From an uncultured Candidatus Saccharibacteria bacterium (GTDB taxonomy: Bacteria > Patescibacteriota > Minisyncoccia > Phycocordibacterales > UBA2100), in the NCBI GenBank assembly GCA_964586255.1, contig CAZPGE010000004.1, positions 32,693 through 96,692 on the forward strand: a stretch of 64,000 nt of DNA, in the 5' to 3' direction. This document shows, in pieces, positions 44,725 to 53,139 of the stretch. The notes below the pieces were generated by a model. That model saw only the letters and a list, made by a program, of their open reading frames with translations. It was not told the origin of the DNA and made no database searches. The position numbers were made by a program, and so were the translations under genes. Positions within the stretch are counted from its first letter, which is position 1; each line of letters starts with the position of its first letter.

Positions 44725-45183
44725 ATGGCATTCACAATATCGCCGGTAGACGTGGAATCGCGCAAAAACCTCGACCTTAGGCCGGGCGATACGGTGCGTG
44801 TACACCAGAAAATAGAGGAAAAAGGCAAGACAAGAATCCAGATTTTTGAGGGTCTTGTGCTCGCGCGCAAGCATGGCACTGAGGCTGGAGGCACCTTTAC
44901 GGTCCGCCGTGTCTCAAGCGGTGTGGGCATCGAGAAGATTTTCCCACTCTACACTCCGATGATCGACAAGATTGAGGTGGTGAAGCGTGCAATCGTCCGC
45001 CGCGCGAAGCTCTACTACATCCGCGAGAAGGTCGCGCGTGAAGCACGCCGTATGCTCCGCCGCACCAAGATGGTGGTCAATGTTTCAGGCACGACCAAGA
45101 TTGTCGCGGCAGAGGACGCACCCATCGAGCCTTCAGCAGAGGAGGCTGCTGTGCAGGAGGCTGCTGCGGAGAAGGCAGAATAA
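44725..45183 (+). CDS. rplS: 50S ribosomal protein L19
   Basis: '[29 protein letters not shown]' matches L19. Confidence 0.9.
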   Translation: MAFTISPVDVESRKNLDLRPGDTVRVHQKIEEKGKTRIQIFEGLVLARKHGTEAGGTFTVRRVSSGVGIEKIFPLYTPMIDKIEVVKRAIVRRAKLYYIREKVAREARRMLRRTKMVVNVSGTTKIVAAEDAPIEPSAEEAAVQEAAAEKAE

Positions 45184-45203
45184 ATCCCATACATTAAAAA
45201 GAA

Positions 45204-45236
45204 GGGGACCGGATATCCGGTCCTTTTCTTTTTTGT
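45204..45236. terminator. bidirectional intrinsic terminator after rplS (GGACCGG-atat-CCGGTCC flanked by A- and T-tracts)
   Basis: Perfect hairpin with a long T-run. Confidence 0.6.
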
Positions 45237-45267
45237 ATTCAGTGCTGATTAATAAGAGGGGCGAAAA

Positions 45268-45858
45268 ATGTCTATGCGGTATAGTGAAGACGTGGAAAAA
45301 TACGACGAATCTAAAATTGGCCGCCGCATCGCTTGGGGTCGTTCTCATTCTGTGTATCACTACGGTGAAACTGAAGTCATTCGATTTCCTCGTGCAGAAC
45401 GTTGGCTCGCATGGTTGCTTCGCGACGGATTAAGCCTTCGCGAGAGGTTCACCCGCGATATTTCGGTATGCGAGCAATACCTAGGGAACTATGTTTTAAC
45501 AACTCGCGTAGTGGAAAGTTCGCAAGGGCAAATCGCCACAATACAACCCTATATTTCGGGTCGTTACTTTTCGAAAAATGACCTGCAAAACGAAGCAATA
45601 AAAGCTCAATTTCAAGACTTGATTGCTCGATACGAAACAATGTATGCGGCGGGATACCTAGTGGACCTTATTGGACAAGGTGGAGTGTTGCGGCGACGCT
45701 TGAGTAATATCCTCGTGCTCGGCGATAATAATCTAAAATTATTCGATGCGGGCCTCGCAGATATGCGAATAATCGACAGGGCGCCGTATATCATTCAATC
45801 CGCCACAAAGCTGATTCTTAAACGACAGCGTTCGACGCTCCGATACCTGCTTTCTTGA
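45268..45858 (+). CDS. hypothetical protein with an atypical protein-kinase-like core (catalytic-loop/DFG-like 'NILVLGDNNLKLFDAGLA'); AT-rich gene
   Basis: Gly-rich N-terminal segment and 'LKLFDAGLA' resembling a kinase DFG region. GC is clearly lower than the flanks. Confidence 0.4.
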   Translation: MSMRYSEDVEKYDESKIGRRIAWGRSHSVYHYGETEVIRFPRAERWLAWLLRDGLSLRERFTRDISVCEQYLGNYVLTTRVVESSQGQIATIQPYISGRYFSKNDLQNEAIKAQFQDLIARYETMYAAGYLVDLIGQGGVLRRRLSNILVLGDNNLKLFDAGLADMRIIDRAPYIIQSATKLILKRQRSTLRYLLS

Positions 45859-46012
45859 TTTCAGCGGGAGACTCGGTCACGCGTTAGCCTGAAGACTCGA
45901 CCAAGAGCTCGTTTGGTCGCCGTCGCGACCAAACTCCTCTCGGCCCTGTTCGCGCCGTCCCATCTGCTGATGGGTCCCGCGTCGCTCACTTTCTCGTCTC
46001 CCCCCGCTGAAA

Positions 46013-46049
46013 ACAGCACGACGCCGGAGACATGCTCCGGCGTCGGCTG
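46013..46049. terminator. bidirectional intrinsic terminator (GACGCCGGAG-acatg-CTCCGGCGTC then GGCTGTTTT)
   Basis: 10-bp stem. T-tracts on both strands. Separates the kinase-like gene from tRNA-Leu. Confidence 0.55.
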
Positions 46050-46055
46050 TTTTAG

Positions 46056-46140
46056 TGCGCGGGGGGAGACTCGAACTCCCATGCCCTTAACGGGCGCTAC
46101 CACCTCAAGGTAGTACGTCTACCAATTTCGCCACCCGCGC
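46056..46140 (-). tRNA. tRNA-Leu (anticodon GAG), type II
   Basis: Minus strand: acceptor GCGCGGG/CCCGCGC, D-loop AAATTGGTAGA, anticodon loop TTGAGGT, long variable arm, T-arm GGGAG-TTCGAGT-CTCCC. Confidence 0.85.
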
Positions 46141-46245
46141 GTGGGGCGCATGATAGCAAAAGAGGTGCCATATGGCGAGCGAGCCTTGACCTCAGCGCGC
46201 ATTGCCTGTATACCCGATGCAGTGAATCGGCAATGGAGCTTCGTC

Positions 46246-46551
46246 ATGTTTGGAATTGTCATATCGCTTTTGGCTGCAGTGTGGGCCGGCCGGAGTGCGA
46301 GAACATCCTTTTCAAGGGGTCAGCGGTACCCGTTGATCCGCGCGTCAATCACGACATGCGGCCTCTCGGCGTTCGGTGGCTTCCTCGACGTCGTCTCTGG
46401 CACCTGGCGAGCACTCGGCGTTCTCGCTATCCATTCGGACACGGGAGCGTTTGTGACGTACCTGCTCGGGTACGTGGCCGTGTCCCTGTACCTGATGCTC
46501 GCGGTGTACTATGGCCGCGTCGTGCCGATTACTTTCAGCGCCGCTCGCTGA
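46246..46551 (+). CDS. hypothetical small membrane protein
   Basis: Three hydrophobic helices. Start taken at the internal Met because the ORF-track start (GTG 46141) abuts tRNA-Leu. Confidence 0.4.
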   Translation: MFGIVISLLAAVWAGRSARTSFSRGQRYPLIRASITTCGLSAFGGFLDVVSGTWRALGVLAIHSDTGAFVTYLLGYVAVSLYLMLAVYYGRVVPITFSAAR

Positions 46552-46605
46552 AATCCGCCGGGGTTCTGCCAACGCAGGACCCCGGCGTTTGCTATCATTG
46601 CGTGC

Positions 46606-47166
46606 ATGGCACTCTTCACCGGAAAAGGCGACGGTGGTTCCACCAAACTTTTTGATTCGGAGCCCGGCAAACGGGTTTCAAAGGCAGCGCCTGTCTTTGA
46701 GTGCCTCGGCATGCTCGACGAGCTCAATACGCTTGTCGGTTGGTGCAAAGCGGGAAGCCCTGACGACTTTATAGTGCAGGAGCAAAAATTGCGCATGGTG
46801 CTGCACGACGTGCAAAATCATCTTTTTACGATTCAGGCGGAAGTCGCCGGCGCAGAAAAATCCATCCCGCTTTCGAGTGTCGAAGCACTTGGAGTGTTTA
46901 TCAATAGGATAGAAGCAGAGATGCCCCCCATCACCACCTTTCTTGTGCCGGGCGCCACGGAGCTCTCTTCGAGACTCGACATCGCGCGCGCGGTGGCACG
47001 GCGTGCTGAGCGGAGACTCGTCACTTTGCACGAAAGCGGGGAGCGGCAGGTGAGCGAATCGAGTCGCTCATATGCCAACAGGCTTTCTTCGCTCCTTTAT
47101 GCGCTCACGCGTCTGGTGAATCACAAATCAGGAGTACAGGAAAATCCTCCCTCATATCTCTCATGA
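46606..47166 (+). CDS. PduO-type ATP:cob(I)alamin adenosyltransferase
   Basis: 'FTGKGDGGSTKL' N-terminus plus 'ECLGMLDELNTLVGW' resemble PduO/YvqK-type adenosyltransferases. Confidence 0.7.
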   Translation: MALFTGKGDGGSTKLFDSEPGKRVSKAAPVFECLGMLDELNTLVGWCKAGSPDDFIVQEQKLRMVLHDVQNHLFTIQAEVAGAEKSIPLSSVEALGVFINRIEAEMPPITTFLVPGATELSSRLDIARAVARRAERRLVTLHESGERQVSESSRSYANRLSSLLYALTRLVNHKSGVQENPPSYLS

Positions 47167-48260
47167 TTCGAAAATATTTACCAAAAAACACCGAGGAGCT
47201 CATCCACTGGTATGAGCGGTACGTATCTCCGTTTGCACTCCTCGGTGGCTTTCTTCTCGACAATTTCGTATTCCTCGACCGCATAGACTCTCTACAGAGC
47301 TACGTGCTCCTCACCTCCTATATGGCCCTCGCTGCGGGCGGCATTGTGCTCATTCACCTCATAGAGACGGGGCGGCTTCGAGAGAGGATGGTGCTTTCCG
47401 TTGCGCCATTTGTACCAGTAGTCATCCAATTTGCTTTTGGAGGTCTCTTCAGCGGCTTTTTGGCTGTATATTCGCGTAGCGCATCGGTCGCGGTGAGTTG
47501 GATTTTCGTGATTGCTATCGCAGCGCTCCTCATCGGTAATGAGCGCTTTCGACAGCACTATATGAAGCTGCCGTTTCAGATAAGTGCGTACTTTATCGTA
47601 CTGTTCTCTTTTTTCATTTTCTTTTTGCCCATTCTATTTCACCGGATTGGCTCCTTGATGTTCGTGCTTAGCGGCATCGCCACGCTCATTGTCACCCTGC
47701 TTTTGCTCTACGCCATTCGCACTCTCGTGCCTGAGGTCTGGAAAGAGGAGCGCACCCGTGTCGCTCGAGCGATTACGGTGATATTTCTTATGTTCAACTT
47801 GTTGTATTTCACGAATGCCATACCGCCGCTTCCGCTCGCACTGAAAGATGCGGGCGTGTATCACGGCGTAACTCGCGTGGGTGATGAGTACGTACTGCAA
47901 GCGGAGCCTGTGCCGTGGTACAAGCGCTACCTGCTCTACAATACACTCTTTCACCGCGAGGTCGGCAAGCCGGTCCATGTCTTCTCCGCAATATACGCGC
48001 CCTCTGGCCTTACTACTCCCGTTCTGCACCAATGGCAGCATAAGAACGAGGAGGGAGAATGGATTACAGAGAGCGTGGTCCCATTCACTATCTCGGGAGG
48101 GAGAGAGGGGGGATATCGCGGATACTCTACAAAGAATGCTCTGGCCGAGGGAAAGTGGCGCGTGAATGTGCTTACGAAGAATGGACAAATCATCGGGAGG
48201 GTAGCGTTCACCGTGATTGCTGCGTCTTCTACCCCGCTCGTGGTGGAGATACGACGATAG
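47163..48260 (+). CDS. hypothetical polytopic membrane protein with a C-terminal soluble domain
   Basis: About 7 TM helices, then a beta-rich C-terminal domain. Confidence 0.5.
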   Translation: MIRKYLPKNTEELIHWYERYVSPFALLGGFLLDNFVFLDRIDSLQSYVLLTSYMALAAGGIVLIHLIETGRLRERMVLSVAPFVPVVIQFAFGGLFSGFLAVYSRSASVAVSWIFVIAIAALLIGNERFRQHYMKLPFQISAYFIVLFSFFIFFLPILFHRIGSLMFVLSGIATLIVTLLLLYAIRTLVPEVWKEERTRVARAITVIFLMFNLLYFTNAIPPLPLALKDAGVYHGVTRVGDEYVLQAEPVPWYKRYLLYNTLFHREVGKPVHVFSAIYAPSGLTTPVLHQWQHKNEEGEWITESVVPFTISGGREGGYRGYSTKNALAEGKWRVNVLTKNGQIIGRVAFTVIAASSTPLVVEIRR

Positions 48261-48349
48261 CTCAATCCACCGAGGTACCTTGACGCCATTTTCATGAGGC
48301 TCACAATTGCCGTATCAGGGTCGAGATACGTGAAATCTTATTCATAAAC

Positions 48350-48778
48350 GTGCTCAATAATACTCAGCAACATATGGCTAAAAAATTGGCTCTCGCAGTG
48401 GGCGTCATTCTCACCGCTGTCGGTGTTCTCGGGTTTGTGCCGGGGGTAACAAGTGCTGACGGACTCCTTCTCGGAATCTTTGAGGTAGACACCATTCACA
48501 ACATCGTACATATCCTCACGGGCGTTCTTGCGCTCATCGCAGCGATGGGATCGGGCGCGTATGTCGGCCTGTACTTCAAAGTGTTTGGCGTAGTGTACGC
48601 ACTTGTCGCAGCCTTGGGGCTCGCGATGGGCAGTCCGATACTCGGACTCATCAGTGCCAACACGGCAGACCATGTCCTTCATATCGCGCTTGCGGCGCTT
48701 TTCCTGTATGCCGGCTTCGGCATGAAATCGGAATCAGCTCCCGCAATGAGCGGCATGTCTGCGAATCCCGTAATGTAG
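48350..48778 (+). CDS. DUF4383-like small membrane protein
   Basis: 'MAKKLALAVGVILTAVGVLGFVPG' N-terminus is typical of DUF4383. Four TM helices. Confidence 0.5.
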   Translation: MLNNTQQHMAKKLALAVGVILTAVGVLGFVPGVTSADGLLLGIFEVDTIHNIVHILTGVLALIAAMGSGAYVGLYFKVFGVVYALVAALGLAMGSPILGLISANTADHVLHIALAALFLYAGFGMKSESAPAMSGMSANPVM

Positions 48779-48868
48779 GCGGAATCTATTATGAAGAAGC
48801 GCCTGCCCGTGGCTGGCGCTTCTTTCGTGCTAAACGCCGGTTTTTTTGCTATAAATCGCCGTGTAGAT

Positions 48869-48941
48869 GGCGACTGTGGTGTAACGGTTAACACTGGAGC
48901 TTGTGGAGCTCTCGATCAGGGTTCGATTCCCTGCAGCCGCC
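48869..48941 (+). tRNA. tRNA-His (anticodon GTG) with encoded G-1
   Basis: G-1 plus acceptor GCGACTG/CAGCCGC (one A-C mismatch), D-loop AACGGTTA, anticodon loop TTGTGGA, T-arm CAGGG-TTCGATT-CCCTG, discriminator C. Confidence 0.8.
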
Positions 48942-49128
48942 CAAAAAATAACAAAGCAGATGCGAAGCATTTGCGAGTTCTATTTTTCGGAGTGGCTGCA
49001 GGGAATCGAACGGCGGAGCGTGGTGAGGCCAGCAGGCCGAACCGCGAGCCGGTGCCCAACCCGAGTCGCGCGACGGTGCGACGAGAGGTGAGGGAGATTC
49101 CCGCTTAGGTAGCTCATGAACGGGTCTT

Positions 49129-49614
49129 TTGCGCGGGTATAATACCCCCATCTCTATGAAAAAAGGTGAAGATTTCATCGGCATCACGGTTTCTTTCCTT
49201 TGTCATGATGGTAAGGGCAATGTGCTCCTCTCAAAGCGAGGCGAAAACGCTCGCGATGAACATGGGCGCTGGGACTGCGGAGGAGGGGGCGTAGAGTTTG
49301 GCGATACGGTTGAGGCTACGTTGCGGAAGGAGATTCAGGAAGAATATTGTACAGACGTGCTCGATGCGGAGTTCCTGGGGTTTCGTGATGTATTCCGAGA
49401 AAAAGACGGACGCAAGACTCACTGGGTGTCGCTTGATTACCTCGTGCTCGTCGACGCGGAGATGTGGGGTAATGGAGAGCCGCACAAGCTCGAAGAAGTA
49501 AAGTGGTTCCCTTTTGCTGCATTGCCCGAGCCGATGCATTCACAATGGCCGATGTTTCTCGAACAGTATGCGCCAAAGCTGATACAATTGAAAAATGGAA
49601 CAAGAGCTCAGTGA
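49129..49614 (+). CDS. NUDIX hydrolase
   Basis: Nudix box 'GGGVEFGDTVEATLRKEIQEE'. A TATAAT-like -10 lies upstream. Confidence 0.75.
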   Translation: MRGYNTPISMKKGEDFIGITVSFLCHDGKGNVLLSKRGENARDEHGRWDCGGGGVEFGDTVEATLRKEIQEEYCTDVLDAEFLGFRDVFREKDGRKTHWVSLDYLVLVDAEMWGNGEPHKLEEVKWFPFAALPEPMHSQWPMFLEQYAPKLIQLKNGTRAQ

Positions 49615-49792
49615 ACGTTTGCGAGCACTAGAGGCCAAGATTGATGCGACGTTTGTGAGTGCCGAAAAGACCCGCAAATATTTCCTCACCATCATTATTG
49701 TCAGCGTGATTGCTTTCGTGCTCCCGCTCATAGGCCTTGCGTTTGCGGTGCCAGCAATGCTTTCTTCGTATAGCGAGCTGCTCACGCTGTAA
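49595..49792 (+). CDS. hypothetical small membrane protein (65 aa)
   Basis: Single TM helix. Overlaps the NUDIX stop. Confidence 0.3.
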   Translation: MEQELSERLRALEAKIDATFVSAEKTRKYFLTIIIVSVIAFVLPLIGLAFAVPAMLSSYSELLTL

Positions 49793-49859
49793 GGAATTGA
49801 GGGGCATTACGTCGTAGTGGTATACTAAAGTTCTTAACCGGATTTTCACCTATTCTCGT

Positions 49860-50687
49860 ATGCCAGAAAGAAATGCGTTTGCCGAGACTATTCAGTCAAA
49901 TTATTGGTATCGCGTAGCAGGGCTTGCCGTGCTCGCACTCCTCGCCCTGTATCTTTTTGTATTGGTCATCAGCGAATTTAAAGCGATGAGATACATAGGG
50001 AGCGGCGTGAGCGCATCTAATACCATCACGGTTTCCGGCGAAGGCGAGGTCACCGCGGTACCTGACATGGCGACATTTAGCGTGACCATCCAGGAGCGCG
50101 CGTCGACCGTGAAAGCGGCGCAAGAACTCGCTACGAAAAAGACCAATGACATCGTCGCGTACCTCAAAGATCAGGACATCGACGAAAAGGATGTTCAGAC
50201 GAGTGATTACAGCGTGTATCCCGAGTATGACTACGAGACAAAGGCATGTGCGCCAGGCGAATACTGCGTACCGGGCAAGCAGGTACTCCGCGGATACCAG
50301 GTGTCACAGACACTCACTGTAAAGGTGCGTGATACGGAGCAGGCGGGAGACCTTCTCACAGGCGTAGGTGAGCGCGGTGCTACCCAGGTCAGCGGTCTAT
50401 CATTTACCATCGACGATGAGGAAGCGCTAAAAGCATCTGCTCGCGACGAGGCCATTGCACAGGCAAAAGACAAGGCAGACGAGCTCGCGCGAGCTCTTGG
50501 GGTCAATGTGGTGCGCGTAGTCGGATTCTCAGAGAATGATTACTATCCTCCGATGCCGTATGCGTACGGTCGCGGTGGAGCCACTATGGATACGGCAGTA
50601 GCGCAGGAAGCAAAAGCAGCCCCGGAGATTCCGACAGGGGAAAACAAGATCGTTTCCAACGTGACCATTACTTACGAGATAAGGTAG
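49860..50687 (+). CDS. SIMPL/DUF541-domain protein
   Basis: N-terminal TM. 'ITVSGEGEVTAVPDMATFSVTIQE' and the overall pattern match SIMPL family proteins. Confidence 0.65.
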   Translation: MPERNAFAETIQSNYWYRVAGLAVLALLALYLFVLVISEFKAMRYIGSGVSASNTITVSGEGEVTAVPDMATFSVTIQERASTVKAAQELATKKTNDIVAYLKDQDIDEKDVQTSDYSVYPEYDYETKACAPGEYCVPGKQVLRGYQVSQTLTVKVRDTEQAGDLLTGVGERGATQVSGLSFTIDDEEALKASARDEAIAQAKDKADELARALGVNVVRVVGFSENDYYPPMPYAYGRGGATMDTAVAQEAKAAPEIPTGENKIVSNVTITYEIR

Positions 50688-50695
50688 TCAATTCT

Positions 50696-50989
50696 ATGGG
50701 TTCTAAACAGATGCGCGCGAGAGCGCAGCGTGCCGCTCGCGTTTTCAAACTTGCCTCGAGCGCCTCGCGCTCGCATATTCTGCTCGTTCTTGCCGAGAAG
50801 TCGGCGTTGCCGGTGCAGCAGATTGCAGACTCTGTGGGCATGACACATTCGGCGGTCAGTCACCAGCTCGGGCTTCTCTCGAGTGCGAAAATCGTAGCCT
50901 TCAAAAAGGAGGGAAGGATAGTGCGCTATTCCATTGCGTCGAATGCGGAAGCGAAGGCGCTTGTGAAATTCGTCCGGGCCCTTGCTTGA
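50696..50989 (+). CDS. ArsR/SmtB-family transcriptional regulator
   Basis: HTH 'LPVQQIADSVGMTHSAVSHQLGLL'. Confidence 0.75.
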   Translation: MGSKQMRARAQRAARVFKLASSASRSHILLVLAEKSALPVQQIADSVGMTHSAVSHQLGLLSSAKIVAFKKEGRIVRYSIASNAEAKALVKFVRALA

Positions 50990-51016
50990 CTCGGGACCCC
51001 AAGCGGATTACTATAT

Positions 51017-51040
51017 TTTAAACCCCGCGAGGGGTTTTAA
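51017..51040. terminator. bidirectional intrinsic terminator (TTTTAAA-CCCC-gcga-GGGG-TTTTAAAA)
   Basis: Short GC stem flanked by A/T tracts, lying between arsR and secE. Confidence 0.45.
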
Positions 51041-51067
51041 AATTGGCTTAAAATATCATTAATTTCT

Positions 51068-51328
51068 ATGGGACTCGGACAATATCTCAAAGATACGCAG
51101 GCAGAGCTTCGTCATGTGGCATGGCCGACGCGTGCGCAGACGATTATCTTCACCGTGCTTGTGGCACTGGTCTCTGTCTTTGTTGCCCTGTACCTTGGTC
51201 TTTTTGACTACGTGTTCACCACGAGCCTCACCAACTTCCTCGGCACACTCCCTGCAGCAGAGGTCGCGCCTGCGGCCACGTCTTCACCCGTTGTCGACGT
51301 AATCGTCGGTACGAGCACAATCCAGTAA
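51068..51328 (+). CDS. secE: preprotein translocase subunit SecE (with a C-terminal extension)
   Basis: 'VAWPTRAQTIIFTVLVALVSVFVALYLGLFD' with a single TM. Immediately upstream of nusG. Confidence 0.8.
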   Translation: MGLGQYLKDTQAELRHVAWPTRAQTIIFTVLVALVSVFVALYLGLFDYVFTTSLTNFLGTLPAAEVAPAATSSPVVDVIVGTSTIQ

Positions 51329-51332
51329 ATAT

Positions 51333-51878
51333 ATGGCTAAGCAAACATACGGTTCAGAGAGAAAGTGGTATGCGGTACACACGTATTCAGGATATGAGGA
51401 CGCGGTAGCACGCAACTTGAAGCAGCGCATCGATTCTTTCGGCATGGGAGAGCAAATCTTCAATGTCGTAGTCCCGATTGAAAAGAAAATAAAAATCAAG
51501 AACGGCCGCAAGACTGAAGCTAAAGAGAAGATATTCCCCGGATACGTACTCGTCGACATGATAGCGACCGACGATGCGTGGAGCGTGGTGCGCAACACGC
51601 CGCAGGTTACCGGCTTCGTCGGTACCGCCAATCAGGCTGTCCCTCTCTCGCAGGAGGAAGTAGATAAGATTCTCAAGAGAAGCGAAGGCGATACCGTCCG
51701 CCATGCGATAGATCTTGCGGAAGGAGATGCAGTCATTATTATCGACGGCCCGTTCAAGGATCTCGAGGGTAAAGTAGGCGAGATTGACGAAGAGCGCGGA
51801 AAAGTTAAAGTGCTCGTACCTATGTTCGGTCGTGAGACTCCTGTGGAGCTCGAAGCCGACCAGGTGCAGCGCGTATAA
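51333..51878 (+). CDS. nusG: transcription termination/antitermination factor NusG
   Basis: NGN domain '[15 protein letters not shown]' and KOW '[18 protein letters not shown]'. Confidence 0.9.
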   Translation: MAKQTYGSERKWYAVHTYSGYEDAVARNLKQRIDSFGMGEQIFNVVVPIEKKIKIKNGRKTEAKEKIFPGYVLVDMIATDDAWSVVRNTPQVTGFVGTANQAVPLSQEEVDKILKRSEGDTVRHAIDLAEGDAVIIIDGPFKDLEGKVGEIDEERGKVKVLVPMFGRETPVELEADQVQRV

Positions 51879-51885
51879 ATCATGT

Positions 51886-52311
51886 ATGGCAAAAGAAGTC
51901 ACAAAAATAATTAAGCTCCAGATTGAAGCAGGTAAAGCGACTCCGGCTCCTCCGGTCGGTACGGCTCTTGGTCCCGCGGGCGTCAACATCGGTGAATTCG
52001 TCAACCAGTTCAACACCCTGACGCGTCCGCTCATGGGTTCGACGCTCCCTGTCGTCCTCTCAGTGTACAAGGACCGTACCTTTAGCTTCATCGTGCGAAA
52101 GCCGCCAGCGTCTCGCGCCATCCTTAAGATGCTTGGTCTCGAGAAGGGTTCTCAGCGCCCACACACGGACAAGGTGGGGAAGCTTACGAACGCGCAGCTC
52201 GAGCAGCTCGCCAACGACAAGATGGAAGATCTCAATGCGACTGATATCGAACAGGCGAAGAAGATTATCGCCGGGACTGCCCGATCAATGGGGATTGACG
52301 TGCAAAAGTAA
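51886..52311 (+). CDS. rplK: 50S ribosomal protein L11
   Basis: '[27 protein letters not shown]' matches L11. Start at the internal ATG (51886). Confidence 0.9.
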   Translation: MAKEVTKIIKLQIEAGKATPAPPVGTALGPAGVNIGEFVNQFNTLTRPLMGSTLPVVLSVYKDRTFSFIVRKPPASRAILKMLGLEKGSQRPHTDKVGKLTNAQLEQLANDKMEDLNATDIEQAKKIIAGTARSMGIDVQK

Positions 52312-52412
52312 CGTCAATCGACCTTTCGAGATATTTTTGAGCGAATGCGAAAAAAATATCCGAAAGGTGTACTGTTCCTGTAAGGAATCGACACTCAGAA
52401 ATAGAAAGAAAA

Positions 52413-52440
52413 GCCCCGGACAGACCGGGGCCTTTCTTTT
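52413..52440 (+). terminator. intrinsic terminator after rplK (GCCCCGG-acaga-CCGGGGC then CTTTCTTTT)
   Basis: Hairpin plus T-tract preceded by an A-run. No rplA follows. Confidence 0.5.
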
Positions 52441-52482
52441 GCGCTTGCGCTGGAGGCTCGCAGCTGTTTTAGTGAGTCGTAC

Positions 52483-53115
52483 ATGAGCAAACTTATCGTC
52501 TTCGAAGGCATAGACGGCGCTGGCAAGGCCACGCAAGTAAAACTCTTGGCCAAACGGCTTCGTGCACAGGGAAAGCATGTGACCGTTTTCGCTTCGCCAC
52601 GATACGACCTCCCCACGGGAAAGCTCGTGCGTTCCGCGCTCCACGGCGCGTTCGGAGACTTTGTAGGACTCTCCCCGTATTTCTCGGCGCTCCCGTACCT
52701 CGTGGATTTCGCCGCATGGCGAGATGAAATCCAAGACGCGCTCAAAAAAGGGGTCGTGATTTGCGACAGGTATGTGCCGAGCACAGTCGCGTATCACAGC
52801 GCCAAGCTCTCAGGGAAGAAGACGGCGGATTTCGTCCGCTTTGTCGAAGATATTGCGTACCTCCGGCTGAAGCTCCCCAAGCCGAGTCTCGTCGTATACC
52901 TGCATGTACCGGTAGCGGAAGCTCAGAAACTCACTCGCACGCGAAAGCGAAAGCGCGACCAGCATGAAAGAGATGACTCATACCAAAAGCGCGTGGCAGC
53001 GATGTATGCGGCGCTCTGCAAGAGGCCCCATTGGAAGTCGGTCGACTGTATTGAAGCTGGCGCGATGCGCTCACCCGAGGCTATCCATGAGGAAATCATA
53101 AGACTCACGAGATAA
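52483..53115 (+). CDS. tmk: thymidylate kinase
   Basis: 'IVFEGIDGAGKATQ' P-loop and 'DRYVPSTVAYH' DRY-like motif. Confidence 0.85.
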   Translation: MSKLIVFEGIDGAGKATQVKLLAKRLRAQGKHVTVFASPRYDLPTGKLVRSALHGAFGDFVGLSPYFSALPYLVDFAAWRDEIQDALKKGVVICDRYVPSTVAYHSAKLSGKKTADFVRFVEDIAYLRLKLPKPSLVVYLHVPVAEAQKLTRTRKRKRDQHERDDSYQKRVAAMYAALCKRPHWKSVDCIEAGAMRSPEAIHEEIIRLTR

Positions 53116-53139
53116 TCGACTCCCTGCTACAATGCCCGC

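Noticed and set aside
45861-46103. 80-aa minus-strand ORF
   Set aside because: Overlaps the tRNA-Leu(GAG) gene and the bidirectional terminator. No RBS. Its translation is that of a structured non-coding region.
48990-49350. Possible tmRNA on the minus strand, because of the tRNA-like GTTCGATTCCCTGCAGCC end
   Set aside because: The available non-coding space is only about 130 nt before the NUDIX gene. There is no T-stem partner and no tag-peptide reading frame. It is interpreted as an inverted partial copy of the tRNA-His 3' end instead.
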